Part shown: positions 39,837 to 50,396 of the stretch, in pieces
Position numbering within the stretch: the stretch's first letter is position 1
Layout of the letters: each line of letters begins with the position of its first letter
Virus record (IMG/VR): IMGVR_UViG_3300005537_000025
Origin: an uncultured virus (IMG/VR IMGVR_UViG_3300005537_000025)
Taxonomy: Duplodnaviria > Heunggongvirae > Uroviricota > Caudoviricetes
Strand: one strand, 5' to 3'
Length of the DNA stretch: 64,000 nt
Program-made: the position numbers and the translations under genes
The notes under the pieces: generated by a model
What the model was told of the DNA's origin: nothing
Seen by the model: only the letters and a program-made list of their open reading frames with translations
Database searches by the model: none

Positions 39837-40619
39837 ATGAGCGACGGCAGCAAGATCGAGTGGACGCAGGTCACATGGAACCCGACGACTGGCTGCGACC
39901 GGATTTCGGCAGGCTGCGATAACTGCTACGCGCTGGAACTAGCCCGCCGTCTGAAGGCCATGGGGTCGCCGAAGTACCAGAAAGACGGTGATCCGCGCAC
40001 GTCGGGTCCGGGTTTCGGCTTGACCCTTCACCCGGACACGCTCGGTACACCGTTCACGTGGTCCGGCCGTCGGCTGGTGTTCGTGAACTCAATGAGCGAC
40101 CTGTTCCACGCGAGGGTCCCGCTTGACTTCGTGCAGCAGGTGTTCGCGGTGATCTGGGAGACTCCGCAGCACACCTATCAGGTGCTCACGAAGCGAGCAT
40201 CCCGGCTGCCGAGGATCGCTGAGAAACTGGACTGGCCGCCGAACCTGTGGATGGGCGTATCGGTCGAGGACGGATCCGAACTCGGCCGCGTCCACCAGCT
40301 CCAGACCGTTCCTGCCGAGGTGCGCTGGCTCTCCTGCGAACCGCTGATCGGCCCGCTCGGCGACGTCGACCTGTCGGGCATCAGCTGGGTAGTCGCCGGA
40401 GGCGAGTCGGGACGGGGGGCTCGCCGCTGCGAACTCAGATGGCTCCGGGAGCTGCACGCTGTGTGCGCCGAGTGGGAGATCCCGTTCTTCTGCAAGCAAC
40501 TCGGATCGGTCCTCGGCCGCCAGCTCGGCGCCGGGCCGAAGGGCGGCGACTGGCATCGCTGGCCCGAAGACCTGCGAATCAGGGAGTTCCCTGCCACCCC
40601 TGCGGAGCTGCCGTCATGA
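39837..40619 (+). CDS. DUF5131 (phage Gp37/Gp68) radical-SAM-like protein
   Basis: SKIEWT..TWNPTTGC..IS.GCDNCYA; FVNSMSDLFH; QVLTKR; SCEPLIG; GGESG. Confidence 0.92.
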   Translation: MSDGSKIEWTQVTWNPTTGCDRISAGCDNCYALELARRLKAMGSPKYQKDGDPRTSGPGFGLTLHPDTLGTPFTWSGRRLVFVNSMSDLFHARVPLDFVQQVFAVIWETPQHTYQVLTKRASRLPRIAEKLDWPPNLWMGVSVEDGSELGRVHQLQTVPAEVRWLSCEPLIGPLGDVDLSGISWVVAGGESGRGARRCELRWLRELHAVCAEWEIPFFCKQLGSVLGRQLGAGPKGGDWHRWPEDLRIREFPATPAELPS

Positions 40620-41919
40620 GCCCCCACACCCTCGGCATCATCGTCTACCTCGCTGCGCTCTGGTACGGGGCGGGCGCGATCCTCCGCTGCCGTGCCGCGT
40701 GGCCGGACAATGCCCCAGCTAAGGCGGGCGTGGCGACTGGGCTCCTCATCGACGTGGCGATGATCGCCTTCCTGGTCGCCGCCGCTCACTACCTGACAGG
40801 GGTTTCCGGTGGCTGACTCCGTGCCGGCCCCAGCCGGGCCGGTCGCCCGGGCCGCGAGCCTGCTGCGCGATCCCGGCGCGCCCACGTGGCACCTGGTCCT
40901 GGCCGGATGGCTCGACACGCTGGCCAGAGATGCGGCGGGCGCCCGGACCGAGAACGGCATCCTCCGGCTCGGCTTGTGTGACGACCCGCCGTGCATCAGG
41001 TACGCGGCGGACCTCGCTGACGCCTACCTCAGGGAGTACGCTCCCGCTACGCAGGTCGCCACGGGCGGTCTCCGATGAACGCTCTCCAGCCCGGGATCTA
41101 CGGCGCGTGCCTGGCAATCGCGGCGGCCGCGCTGGTCGTCGTCGGCTCGGTGGTCCTCTCCCCGGAGTACCGCTCTCTCCCGCGCTCGCACAGGGCCAGC
41201 ACCCGGGCGCTGTGGACGTTCTTGGCTTTCGGCGCAGGCATGATGACCGGCGGGATGCGCAGCCACCTGCTGGCCGGGTTCCTGGCTGCTGCGGCGACGC
41301 TGCTGGTCATCGCGGCGATCGTGAAGCACGGCCATACGCCGCTCAGAGAGGTCCTGGACGACCGCGAGGCCGGGCAGGACGCAGTCAAGGACAGCAGCGA
41401 GGAGCGTGTCCCGTGAGCGGTCCCAGGTTCACCGATGCCGACGGGGACGAGCTGACGTTCTTGAGCGAAGGAGATGGCTCTGTCCTGCTCAGGCACACCG
41501 GAGCAGGAGTATGCATCGCGCCGGCCGATTTCCCGGTGATCGCAGCCTGCTTGTACCAGGCAGCGGGGCTGCCCGCACCGGTCATCCTGGACCGGCCCGA
41601 GCATCCCCGTGCCTCGCTCGTGTTCGAGGGCGTGACATTCACGATCCGGCCCGGTTCCGGTGTGGATGCCACCCGGGTTCACGGCGGCATCCAGACCGGG
41701 ACGCTCTATGAGCCTGACGTGCTCCGCCGTGTCGCTGCTGATCTCGCGGCCCTCGCCGACGAGGCCGAGTCCGATCCGGACCCGGCTGAGGTCGAGGAGC
41801 TGACGAGGGCGATCATCCAGGGCACCCCGGACTGGCATTCCGCTTCCGGGCCCGCCGCAGGGGAGATTGCCCGCGCTGTCCTGCGCGCCGGGTGGAAGCG
41901 GGAGCAGCGCGATGGATGA
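40616..41919 (+). other. Small membrane and hypothetical genes (40616-40816, 40809-41078, 41075-41416, 41413-41919)
   Basis: Coupled ORFs. Confidence 0.5.
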
Positions 41920-42307
41920 CACGCTCCTGCACCAGCGCATCGGGCAGCGGATCAGGGCTGCACGCCGGAGTGCGGACCTGACCCAGGACCAGCTCGCACA
42001 GCAGGTCGGGCTCAAGCGGTCCTCCATCGCCAACCTTGAGGCCGGCCGCCAGGACATGAGCATCTCGCGGCTCGCGGTCATCGCAGCCCTGGTGAACCTG
42101 AACCTGGCCGACCTGGTCCAGCCCGATGACCTGCCAGGGCTGCGGATGCCGCTCTCGCCGCCGCATGTCGTGACGCTCCGGCGGGCCTGGGAGGTCACCT
42201 GCGAGACGTGCGCACCGGGGCAGCCGTTCGAGGTCGCAGCGGGCTACCGGGCGGCTGTGGCGGCGCGGCGCGATCACATCGCCGGGATGCGGGAGGGGCG
42301 GACATGA
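41912..42307 (+). CDS. XRE HTH regulator with a C-terminal CxxC
   Basis: IGQRIRAARRSADLTQDQLAQQVGLKRSSIANLEAGRQ. Confidence 0.85.
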   Translation: MDDTLLHQRIGQRIRAARRSADLTQDQLAQQVGLKRSSIANLEAGRQDMSISRLAVIAALVNLNLADLVQPDDLPGLRMPLSPPHVVTLRRAWEVTCETCAPGQPFEVAAGYRAAVAARRDHIAGMREGRT

Positions 42308-42593
42308 GTACGGGCACGGGCGCTGACCAGGAGGTGACCTTCACCTTCCCCCACGGGACCCAGGTGACCGTGGACGGTGAAGGCAGCGTGCTGAGCGGAG
42401 GCCGGGCGACGCAACCGCAGCACGCAGGGGCGGCCGCCCTCCGTGCCGCTGTCGCCGAGGAGATAGCCCGCGCCATCGAGGAATCGGTATGCGGGCCGGG
42501 GGTGCAGTGCGCTGACCGTTTCTGCCCGGACTGCACGAGGCACGGCCAGGCGATGAGGGACGCGGCCCTGGCGCGCAGGACCGGCGGAGCGCC

Positions 42594-42986
42594 GTGACCA
42601 TGATCTCGTGCCGCTACTGCGAGCAGCACCACGGCGACCTGCTGCTGTGTGCCCCGGCTAAGCGGGTGCTCGACGCCCTGCATGCACAAGGCCAGCGTTT
42701 CAACATGCCGACGATCGAGTTCCCTGAGCCGGTCAGCCATGCGGACATGTTCGGGGAGGACACGGTTCTCGTCGCCCAGCTCGTCGTCAAGGCCGCGATG
42801 GTGCCCGTCGCCGGGGTTACCCGCCCGGTGCTGATCTTCACCGGCCGCGACATGGACGGCAGGAGCCTGCCGCAATGGCTTTACCCGGGGGCGCCGGACG
42901 ACATCAGGCGCGCGGTGAAGCTCGTCGCCGACACAGCCGAGATGGCCATCCGCAGGGCCAGCGAGCAGGCGAGGTCAGCGACATGA
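42594..42986 (+). CDS. Hypothetical protein
   Basis: Coupled ORF with GC3 bias. Confidence 0.6.
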   Translation: MTMISCRYCEQHHGDLLLCAPAKRVLDALHAQGQRFNMPTIEFPEPVSHADMFGEDTVLVAQLVVKAAMVPVAGVTRPVLIFTGRDMDGRSLPQWLYPGAPDDIRRAVKLVADTAEMAIRRASEQARSAT

Positions 42987-43303
42987 CCGCATCATCCACA
43001 GACCGCGCGGCAGGGGATGCCCCCGTTTCCCCTCGCCGTGCTGCCCGGGACCGCGGCCCGGGCACGGCCACGCCAGGACTGTCGCCCCCCAGCGGACCTG
43101 GCGTGGCCACCTCAGACCGCGCGGCGGAATCGTCCGGTTCCCCCCCGACCCGCCGCGCTCAGAAGTCCCCGCGACCGGAGCCAGGCCCTCTGGCCGCGGG
43201 GACCCGGCGCCTGGCCTCTGGTGGCATCCCTGCCGTCACCGGAGGCCAGCACGGGGATGCTGCTCCGGCTGGGGGTGCGCATCTGAGCTGCGGGGAAGCG
43301 GCG

Positions 43304-43651
43304 GTGAGCGTGCCCCCGGCCGGTTCCATGTCCGAGCTTCAGCTTGAGCGGCACGTACGCCAGATCCTCCAGGACCTGGCCCCGCTCGGGCTGATCCTCG
43401 GCTACCACACGCACGACTCGCGGCGGAGCCCCAGCGGCTTCCCCGACTGGGTTTTCGCCGGGGGCGGCGGAGTCATGTTCCGCGAGCTCAAGAGCGCCAC
43501 GGGACGGCTCACAGCCGCGCAGGAGGCATGGCAGCGGACCCTCAGGGCTGCTGGCGCCGACGCTGATACGTGGCGTCCTGCCGACCTCGTGAGCGGCAGG
43601 GTGGCGCGCGAGCTGGCCGCCGTCGCAGGCGCCGGGAGGAGTCCGCGGTGA
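43304..43651 (+). CDS. VRR-NUC domain nuclease
   Basis: MSE..L...YHTHDSRRS.SGFPD.V...FRELKS..GRLT..Q..W. Confidence 0.85.
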   Translation: MSVPPAGSMSELQLERHVRQILQDLAPLGLILGYHTHDSRRSPSGFPDWVFAGGGGVMFRELKSATGRLTAAQEAWQRTLRAAGADADTWRPADLVSGRVARELAAVAGAGRSPR

Positions 43652-44232
43652 GCATCCTCGGCCGCCTGCTGCGCCCTTCCCCGCCTCCCCCGCCCCGGCT
43701 TCCCGCTCCGGTCCTCACCGGGAAATGGCGCCCCGTCCCCGGCGCGGTGAGGTGGACCGGCTCGCCCGTCCGTGCCGTTGCCGGACCCCGGTCATGCGCA
43801 GACGGGCACGAGCAGGTTGAGTGGACCGGCCCGGCCGGGTGCTGGTGCTGCGAGGCGGCAGGTGATGCCGGGTGAGCCGGCCGAAGCTAGCTGCGCCGGC
43901 AGGCGCAGCGTGAAGGGCATCAAGACCTCACCCGGCGACGGCCTCTGCTGGTGCCATGCCAGGTTCGGCCTGCGTGCCGAGGCGGCGAATGACGGGATCT
44001 GCGGGAAATGCGCTGGCCGGTCCGCGTCGTCGTGCCTGAGGGTGCACACCGGGGAGCGGCTGAGGGCACTCGACGCAGCCGAGGCTGAGTCCGGGGAGAT
44101 CGCCCAGATGCTGGCCCGGATCGACGAGCTTCAAGGACGATCGGGTGATGCGGGTTGAGTTCTGCGCGTGATCGGTCAGCGGGTATCCGGGGATGTTCCG
44201 TCACCGGGCGGCTCCGGCGTGTCCGGGGGTGG

Positions 44233-44595
44233 TCAGGACCCGGGCGGCTGAGTGAACTTCGGGGGAGCGGTCAGGCGGTCATCAAGTTCCCCGCGCATGC
44301 CTTCGATGGTCTCCCGGACCTGCTGCTCCGCGAGAGCCACGGCGGGGTCCTGCGCCTGAGCGCCCTTCTTCCTGCCCGTACCCGCAGCGTCGACGGTCCA
44401 GCGGCTGATCGTCCCGGCGACGAAGACGTGGTGGATGGTGCGCTCAAGAGCTGCCGGGCCGACGCCTGCCTTGCGCAAACCGGGAAGCCGCTTGCGGATC
44501 TCCTCCTCGTCCTGCCTGTTCGCGGCGTTGCGGCGCACGATGCGCTGCGCGATGGCTTCCAGCTCGGCCAGCTCCTGTCTCACCGTCTCATCCAC
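44233..44595 (-). CDS. Small putative DNA-binding regulator, antisense to the early operon, probably leaderless
   Basis: GTG 6 nt after a GACAAT -10; helical basic protein. Confidence 0.5.
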   Translation of the reverse strand: MDETVRQELAELEAIAQRIVRRNAANRQDEEEIRKRLPGLRKAGVGPAALERTIHHVFVAGTISRWTVDAAGTGRKKGAQAQDPAVALAEQQVRETIEGMRGELDDRLTAPPKFTQPPGS

Positions 44596-44601
44596 GCCCT
44601 C

Positions 44602-44718
44602 ATTGTCAACGCATTGCCAGTTGCAATGCAAGGTAGCGACCGACATACGTTAGCACGTCGCGACTCACGTGGCGACCTGAATTGCGACTTGCATCGCTAT
44701 CAGGATTGCGACTAGAGT
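44602..44718. promoter_or_regulatory. Divergent promoters with palindrome GCATTGC-N5-GCAATGC (44611-44629) and ATTGCGAC repeats
   Basis: Minus: TTGCAT-18-GACAAT; plus: TTGCAT-18-TAGAGT (44689-44718). Confidence 0.55.
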
Positions 44719-44780
44719 CGCCACATCAACTGCACGGCCCCCTGAGGATGTGAGATCGCAGACGTGAACGGAGTACGTGA

Positions 44781-45203
44781 ATGCCACTGCCGTGGGTGCG
44801 GCTTGACACGGGGTTCCCGCAGAACCAGAAGCTGCTCGCCATGCTCACCGAGAAGGACGGGCACCGCGCGGCATTCGTCTATCTCTGCGGCCTGGCCTGC
44901 TCCGGCGCTCAGGGCGCGGACGGCTTCCTCTCCCGCGAGTCGCTCCCTTTCCTCCATGGCCGTGCCAGAGACGCCGAGTTGCTCGTCCAGTACGGGTTCT
45001 GGGTACCGCAGCCGGGCGGGTGGCTCATCAACGGCTGGGACGAGTTCCAGCCGACGACCGAGGAAACCAAGATGCGCCGCAAACGGGCGATGGCCGGTGC
45101 TGCGGCACGCTGGGAAGGCCACGAGGCCATGTCCGATGCCGAGCGGGCAGCGAAGTACCGCGCCGGAAAGAAGGCTGCCGAGCATCGTGACGAAGCATCG
45201 TGA
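44781..45203 (+). CDS. Actinophage replication initiator-like protein
   Basis: LPWVRLDT.F..N.KLL...GL..SG....DGF...W.INGW.EFQP; followed by iteron-like repeats. Confidence 0.65.
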   Translation: MPLPWVRLDTGFPQNQKLLAMLTEKDGHRAAFVYLCGLACSGAQGADGFLSRESLPFLHGRARDAELLVQYGFWVPQPGGWLINGWDEFQPTTEETKMRRKRAMAGAAARWEGHEAMSDAERAAKYRAGKKAAEHRDEAS

Positions 45204-45306
45204 CGCGGATCGTGACAGGGCATCGCAACGTCACGGAGCTTGTCACGGTGCGCGTCACGTTCGCACGAACGAACGGACGTACGGACTTACGAAGATGGAT
45301 CGTGAC
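45184..45306. repeat. Iteron-like cluster: ATCGTGAC at 45184, 45197, 45209, 45299; inverted GTCACG at 45230, 45242, 45254 (putative ori)
   Basis: Direct inspection. Confidence 0.65.
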
Positions 45307-45383
45307 GGCGGCGGAATATCTTGCACCTTCGTTACGCGCACGCGAGCGAAATCCGGCTTCAACGTCAACCGCGAGGCTGCTCG

Positions 45384-45881
45384 ATGACCGTGATCAAGGC
45401 CCGGCCAACGCTCTACAAGGGCATCCAGATGCGGTCCCGGCTCGAAGCTGACTACGCGGCATACCTCGACCGGACGGGTGCTGGCGACTGGGATTACGAG
45501 CCGGAGTGCTTCGCCGGTCCGCGCGGACAGTGGCTGCCGGACTTCAGGCGGAACTTCCCCGAGACCGGCGGCGCGTACGTCGAGTATGTCGAGGTGAAGC
45601 CGGCCAGGATCCTCGCGGATTCACTGGAATCCGATGACCTCAAGCCAGTCGAAGACATCCTCTGGCGCATGACGCAGGCGTGGTGGAGCAACCAGCGCGC
45701 GATCCTGGTGCTGGACTTCTGGGAGTACGGGAACGCCGAGCCCATGGCGACGATCGTGGGCACCATCAGCAAATACTCAGACCACGGCTGGGAACTCCGG
45801 GCGCCTAGCCTCGCAGACGCCTTGATCTGGCCTGGCTGCCTGCCCGCCGAGGCCGAGGAATGGCGCAAGGGGGCTTACTGA
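45384..45881 (+). CDS. PD-(D/E)XK nuclease-like phage protein
   Basis: T.YKGIQMRSRLEA..A..LD...W.YEP...LPDF...YVEVKP. Confidence 0.75.
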   Translation: MTVIKARPTLYKGIQMRSRLEADYAAYLDRTGAGDWDYEPECFAGPRGQWLPDFRRNFPETGGAYVEYVEVKPARILADSLESDDLKPVEDILWRMTQAWWSNQRAILVLDFWEYGNAEPMATIVGTISKYSDHGWELRAPSLADALIWPGCLPAEAEEWRKGAY

Positions 45882-46585
45882 TGGACCCCGCCAAGCGTCT
45901 CGCCATCACCGCCTGCGGCCGGTGCGGTCAGCCCGAGGACGCCCACAAGTTCAGCTCCGCCGCCGGCGCTGACGACCTGGCCGTCTTCGCTGCTCTCGGC
46001 GGCCCGTGCACCCAGTACGTCGTCTCCGACGCGGCCGTGATCACGCAGAAGTGGCTGGCGATCACCGACAACCGTGCCCCGAAGCGACGGCCGGACGGGT
46101 CGATCGGCAAGCGGCTGCCGCTGCACTCAGCGTGCGGTCACAGGCACCCGCGCGGTCCGGGCCCGTACCAGGCCGGCCAGTCCGGTCCGGGCCCGGACAC
46201 TGCGGCACGAGGCGCAGCGAAGGCCCGCGAGGCGCAGCGAAGGCCCGCGAGGCGCAGCGAAGGCCCGCGAGGCGCTCGGCCTCACCCGGCAAGACCTGGA
46301 GGCGTCATGACGGACACCCGCGAACGGGCCATCGACACGCTGGAGCGGCTCATACGCGAGGGCCAGGAGAACGACTCGTACCCACGTGCGGTCGCCGCTG
46401 AGTGCCTGACCGTGCTGGAAGGGCAGGGATGGCGGCCGACCGAGGCCCGGCCCGCTGCTGACTGGCGGCAGCACGGCACGGGCACTGACCCGAGCAGGGT
46501 CCCGGAGGTCGCCGCCCTGCGGGAGAAGCTCGCCGCGATGCCCCCGCTGCCTGAGCACCGCAGCGAGCACGGAGGTGCCCCGTGA
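45881..46585 (+). CDS. Hypothetical Zn-binding protein fused in frame, via a tandem repeat, to the next gene (own ATG at 46307)
   Basis: See the finding on the 20-bp repeat. Confidence 0.5.
   Translation: MDPAKRLAITACGRCGQPEDAHKFSSAAGADDLAVFAALGGPCTQYVVSDAAVITQKWLAITDNRAPKRRPDGSIGKRLPLHSACGHRHPRGPGPYQAGQSGPGPDTAARGAAKAREAQRRPARRSEGPRGARPHPARPGGVMTDTRERAIDTLERLIREGQENDSYPRAVAAECLTVLEGQGWRPTEARPAADWRQHGTGTDPSRVPEVAALREKLAAMPPLPEHRSEHGGAP
46211..46275. repeat. 20-bp tandem repeat GGCGCAGCGAAGGCCCGCGA x3
   Basis: Perfect copies at 46211, 46231 and 46251. Confidence 0.95.
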
Positions 46586-48132
46586 AGCCGTACTGGTCGA
46601 GCGACGAGGGCGACGTGGTCCTGCACCTCGGCGACTGCCTCGCGGTCCTGCCGTCGCTCCTCGATTGCAGCGTCGACGCGATCGTCACGGATCCGCCGTA
46701 CGGGCTCGAATTCATGGGCCGCGAGTGGGACACGTTCAAGCCGTCCGCCGCCCGGATCCGGACGCGGGCCGACGGCCGGACCAACCCCGCTGACGGCAAG
46801 TCGGTCACGGCAACGCCAGAGGCCTACATCGCCGGGCAGCCGTACCAGTCCTGGTGCCGGACCTGGGCCGTCGAGTGCCTGCGGGTTCTCAGGCCCGGCG
46901 GTCACCTGCTCGCGTTCGGCGGGACCCGGACCTACCACCGGCTCGCATGCGGCATCGAGGATGCAGGCTTCGAGGTCAGGGACTCCCTGCACTGGATCTA
47001 CGGTGCCGGCTTCCCGAAGTCGCTGGATGTGTCCAAGGCGATCGACCGGGCGGCCGGGGCCGAGCGCGAAGTGATCGGGGTGTCGCCATTCGCATCGCGT
47101 AAGCCGAATGGCACGTGGACTGGCGCAACGTATGGTGATGAGCCCGAGCACAGCGAAGGGCCGTCGATCAGCGCCCCCGCGACCGACGGCGCTGCCCGCT
47201 GGGCGGGGTGGGGCACCGGCCTCAAGCCCGCTCATGAGCCAGTCCTCGTCGCCCGAAAGCCACTGACAGGGACCGTGGCCGCCAGCGTTGTGGAACACGG
47301 GACGGGTGCGATCAACGTCGACGGGTGCCGCGTCGGCACGGCCGCTGACCTGAACCCCGCCGACTATGACGACAGCAGGCGCACCGCGCCGAAGTTCGGG
47401 GCGACGTACGAGAACAACGGCAAGGGCGTCCAGCGTTCACGGACGGGTGCCGTGCCGGCGGGCCGTTGGCCGGCGAACATCCTGCTGACCCACTCGGCAG
47501 CGTGCCGACCCTTGGGCATGCGGACGGTACGGACGGACGGTCACCACCCTGCGGAGCGCGGCGAGAGCGGCTACATGGGCGGCTGGAGCGGCCAGGCGGG
47601 ACTCGCCGAGCGGAGATCCGGGGCGGAGACCGTCGAGGCCTGGTCGTGCGTCGGCGATTGCCCGGTAGCCGAGCTGGACCGGCAGAGCGGCGTTCTAACC
47701 TCCGGAATCCCTGCTGTCCGCAGGCTCAGCGGCTCCGACGCTGAAGGAAACACCAGCGCGGCCTACGGCACGGAATCGCGGCCAGCCGGATCGCAGATGG
47801 TCGGCTACGGCGACACCGGCGGGGCGTCCCGCTTCTTCCCGGTGTTCCGTTACCAGGCCAAGGCCCCGGCGTCCGAGCGCCCCCGGCTGCCGGACGGCAC
47901 CGCCCACCCCACCGTCAAGCCGCTGGACCTGATGCGCTGGCTGGTCCGGCTCGTAACGCCGGGGGGGGGCACCGTGCTTGACCTGTTCGCGGGTACCGGG
48001 ACCACGGCCGAGGCGTGCGTCATCGAGGGGTTCCGCTGCGTCCTGATCGAGCAGGACCCGGCCAACGCCGAGCTGGCGAAGGTCCGGCTGTCGAAGCCGA
48101 TCCAGCCTGACCTGTTCGGCGGTGCCGCGTGA
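46582..48132 (+). CDS. DNA N4-cytosine/N6-adenine methyltransferase (beta class)
   Basis: IVTDPPY; HPTVKP..LMRWL..LVT; VLDLFAGTGTT. Confidence 0.93.
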   Translation: MKPYWSSDEGDVVLHLGDCLAVLPSLLDCSVDAIVTDPPYGLEFMGREWDTFKPSAARIRTRADGRTNPADGKSVTATPEAYIAGQPYQSWCRTWAVECLRVLRPGGHLLAFGGTRTYHRLACGIEDAGFEVRDSLHWIYGAGFPKSLDVSKAIDRAAGAEREVIGVSPFASRKPNGTWTGATYGDEPEHSEGPSISAPATDGAARWAGWGTGLKPAHEPVLVARKPLTGTVAASVVEHGTGAINVDGCRVGTAADLNPADYDDSRRTAPKFGATYENNGKGVQRSRTGAVPAGRWPANILLTHSAACRPLGMRTVRTDGHHPAERGESGYMGGWSGQAGLAERRSGAETVEAWSCVGDCPVAELDRQSGVLTSGIPAVRRLSGSDAEGNTSAAYGTESRPAGSQMVGYGDTGGASRFFPVFRYQAKAPASERPRLPDGTAHPTVKPLDLMRWLVRLVTPGGGTVLDLFAGTGTTAEACVIEGFRCVLIEQDPANAELAKVRLSKPIQPDLFGGAA

Positions 48133-48665
48133 GCCGCGCGAAGCCGGGACCGTTCAGCGGAGTGGGCCGCCGGAAGGCGGAGCACGGGACGAGCAGCGGC
48201 TACCAGCAGCACATCACGTACGGGACGGAGCCGTGCGAGGAGTGCCGTAAGGCCCGCGCGGAATACACACGGGACTGGAGGGCCCGCCGTGCCGCGCGGC
48301 TGGCCGCCGAGGGCCAGAGCGGTGCAGCGTGAACACCCGCACCGCCGATCCCCTCGCCGCCGTCGCAGCGCTCCGGGACTGCCTAAGCCGCCGCGACCTG
48401 GCCGCCGCTGAGCGGCTCATCACCCGCCCTGCGGTCCTGGCCGGCCTGACCGAGCTGGTGGTCCCGGCACGGCGGGAACGGCTGGAACGGGCACGCAAGG
48501 CACCCGAATGGCAGGCGGCGGTCGCGGAGTGGCGGCTCGAATGCGAGGCGGCGTGGCAGGCCCGCTACGCCTGCGAAGTCGCAGCGCTGGTCGCAGTGCT
48601 CGCCGAGGCGCTCGGGATGACCCCGGCCGCCGCGTAACCAACAACCCCCGAGAGGAACCCCCGAG

Positions 48666-49046
48666 ATGACCCCCAGACCCATCGCAGCGGCCATGCTGGC
48701 AGCCGGAATGCTGCTGCTCGCAGCGTGCGGCCACGGCACCCACAGCGCCGCTGCACGTGCATCGGCCGCCGCTACGTCTACCGCCGTGAAGGCGGACGAG
48801 AAGACCGCCGAGGCCCTCATCAAGCCGTGCATGCCGTCTGACCAGGCGGCGCTGCTGACCAGGTCCGGCCGGGCCGCGTTCGCCGCATGCATGAGGATCC
48901 CGCCAGCGCACCGGCAGGCAGCCGAGACGTGCGTCATGACGGCAGCAGAGCACGACGTCAACCTGGCCGCCGGGAAGGCTGTCCGCAAGGCCGGCGAGGC
49001 GAAGCTGGCCCAGGACGCCGCCGGGTGCGCGGAGCACGCGCGTTAA
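48666..49046 (+). CDS. Lipoprotein
   Basis: Signal peptide with lipobox LLLAAC; the stop codon is supplied by the IS end. Confidence 0.7.
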   Translation: MTPRPIAAAMLAAGMLLLAACGHGTHSAAARASAAATSTAVKADEKTAEALIKPCMPSDQAALLTRSGRAAFAACMRIPPAHRQAAETCVMTAAEHDVNLAAGKAVRKAGEAKLAQDAAGCAEHAR

Positions 49047-49059
49047 CGCTTCCCCACGG

Positions 49060-50238
49060 CTAGTGCCGGGGGATTCCTGGCTCAGACCGCATTCCGCCCG
49101 CTACCCCTGAAGGGAGGCAAGGGAGTTGTCTTACGTCGTCAGCACCAGCCAGGATGCGTTCACCCTGGGCGAGAATCACTCTCGCGGCGTTCGCGTCACG
49201 GCCCGCGATACATCCGCAGGCCGTACACACGAAGACCCGTTCGGCGAGCGTGAGGCGTTCCTTGGCTCTCGTACCGCACTCAGCGCACGTCATCGTCGTG
49301 TAGGCGGGCGGAACCAGCACCACCTTCCGGGCCGCCCGCTTGCCATACTCGATCAGCGCCCGCTTCGCGGTACCTACCGCGGCATCAGCGGACTTACGCG
49401 CCATCGTGGACTTAGCCAGGAACAGCGGCCTGAAGTCCTCAACGGCTATTACCTGGTGATGGTCCACTATCCGCCGTGCCCACACGCGGGCCGCGTGGGT
49501 GTTCTGCCGTGCGGCTTTCTTGTGGAGCTCCGCTGCTTCCCGCCTGGCACAGCGGTACCCGTTCGACTGGGGCTGGCCGCGTTCCCTGCGGCGCCTGCTC
49601 ATCTTCCGCTGCGCCCTCGCCAGTTCAGCCGCGCAGCGTTTCCTGTGCCCACCGTACGGCAGATCGTAAGCCGGGTCCGTGGCCGTGGCCGTGACCTTGA
49701 TACCCCAGTCGATGCCGATCTTCCCGCTGGCTTCCGGCGCAGGCTCAGCCTCGCGGGTGACGACGAACGACGCGTACCAGTGGCCCAGCGAATCCTGGTA
49801 GACGCGGACGCTCGACGGGGCAGACGGCAGGTCGCGGGACCACACCACGGGTACCGATACGCCCTTGGGCAGGCACAGGCGGCCATCGCGGACAGAGAAC
49901 CCGCGCACGGTGTACTCAAGCGACGGCAGGGTGTCCTTGCGCCGCTTGATCACCGGCGTGCGCCGTCCCTTGACCTTGAACGAGTGGTCCAGGGCCAGCA
50001 TGTATGTCCGCAGCGTCTGCTGCTGCGCGACCTGCGAACCTTCGCGGAGCCACTCGTTTGCCGCTCGTGCCGCGGTCAGCAACTTGGACAGCTTGCAGAA
50101 CGTCGGCTTGCGCCCGGTCCTGCGCTGGTTGACGGCCTCGTTCCACAGCCAGCGGCACCGGCCCCACTCGTCAAGCAGCGCGCGTTCCGCCTGCGTACCA
50201 GGGCGCAGGCGGTAGGTGTAGCGCACCGTCTCGAACAC
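49060..50238 (-). CDS. tnpB: TnpB RNA-guided endonuclease
   Basis: YTYRLRP; RuvC motifs GIDWG, IAVEDF, RDANAA; Zn finger CAECG/CTACG. Confidence 0.93.
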   Translation of the reverse strand: MFETVRYTYRLRPGTQAERALLDEWGRCRWLWNEAVNQRRTGRKPTFCKLSKLLTAARAANEWLREGSQVAQQQTLRTYMLALDHSFKVKGRRTPVIKRRKDTLPSLEYTVRGFSVRDGRLCLPKGVSVPVVWSRDLPSAPSSVRVYQDSLGHWYASFVVTREAEPAPEASGKIGIDWGIKVTATATDPAYDLPYGGHRKRCAAELARAQRKMSRRRRERGQPQSNGYRCARREAAELHKKAARQNTHAARVWARRIVDHHQVIAVEDFRPLFLAKSTMARKSADAAVGTAKRALIEYGKRAARKVVLVPPAYTTMTCAECGTRAKERLTLAERVFVCTACGCIAGRDANAARVILAQGERILAGADDVRQLPCLPSGVAGGMRSEPGIPRH

Positions 50239-50264
50239 ACCATCCACGCTACAGCACGGCGCAG

Positions 50265-50396
50265 TTGCGGCGGGAGTTCCCGTCGCTGCGCCGGCGCCTG
50301 CCGGCTCTGTGAACAAGCAGCTATTTCGTCGCCACGGTGGGCGGCGCAACCTTGGAGGTCATCAAGCGCTATGCCGAGAACCCGCGGAACGTTTAA
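50265..50396 (+). pseudogene. tnpA: C-terminal fragment of IS200-type Y1 transposase
   Basis: LRREFPSLRRRLPAL*TSSYFVATVGGATLEVIKRYAENPRNV*; conserved Trp replaced by TGA, and the N-terminal HUH region is missing. Confidence 0.85.

Noticed and set aside
46211..46275. 20-bp repeats as a CRISPR array
   Set aside because: The copies are directly adjacent with no spacers, and there is no cas operon.
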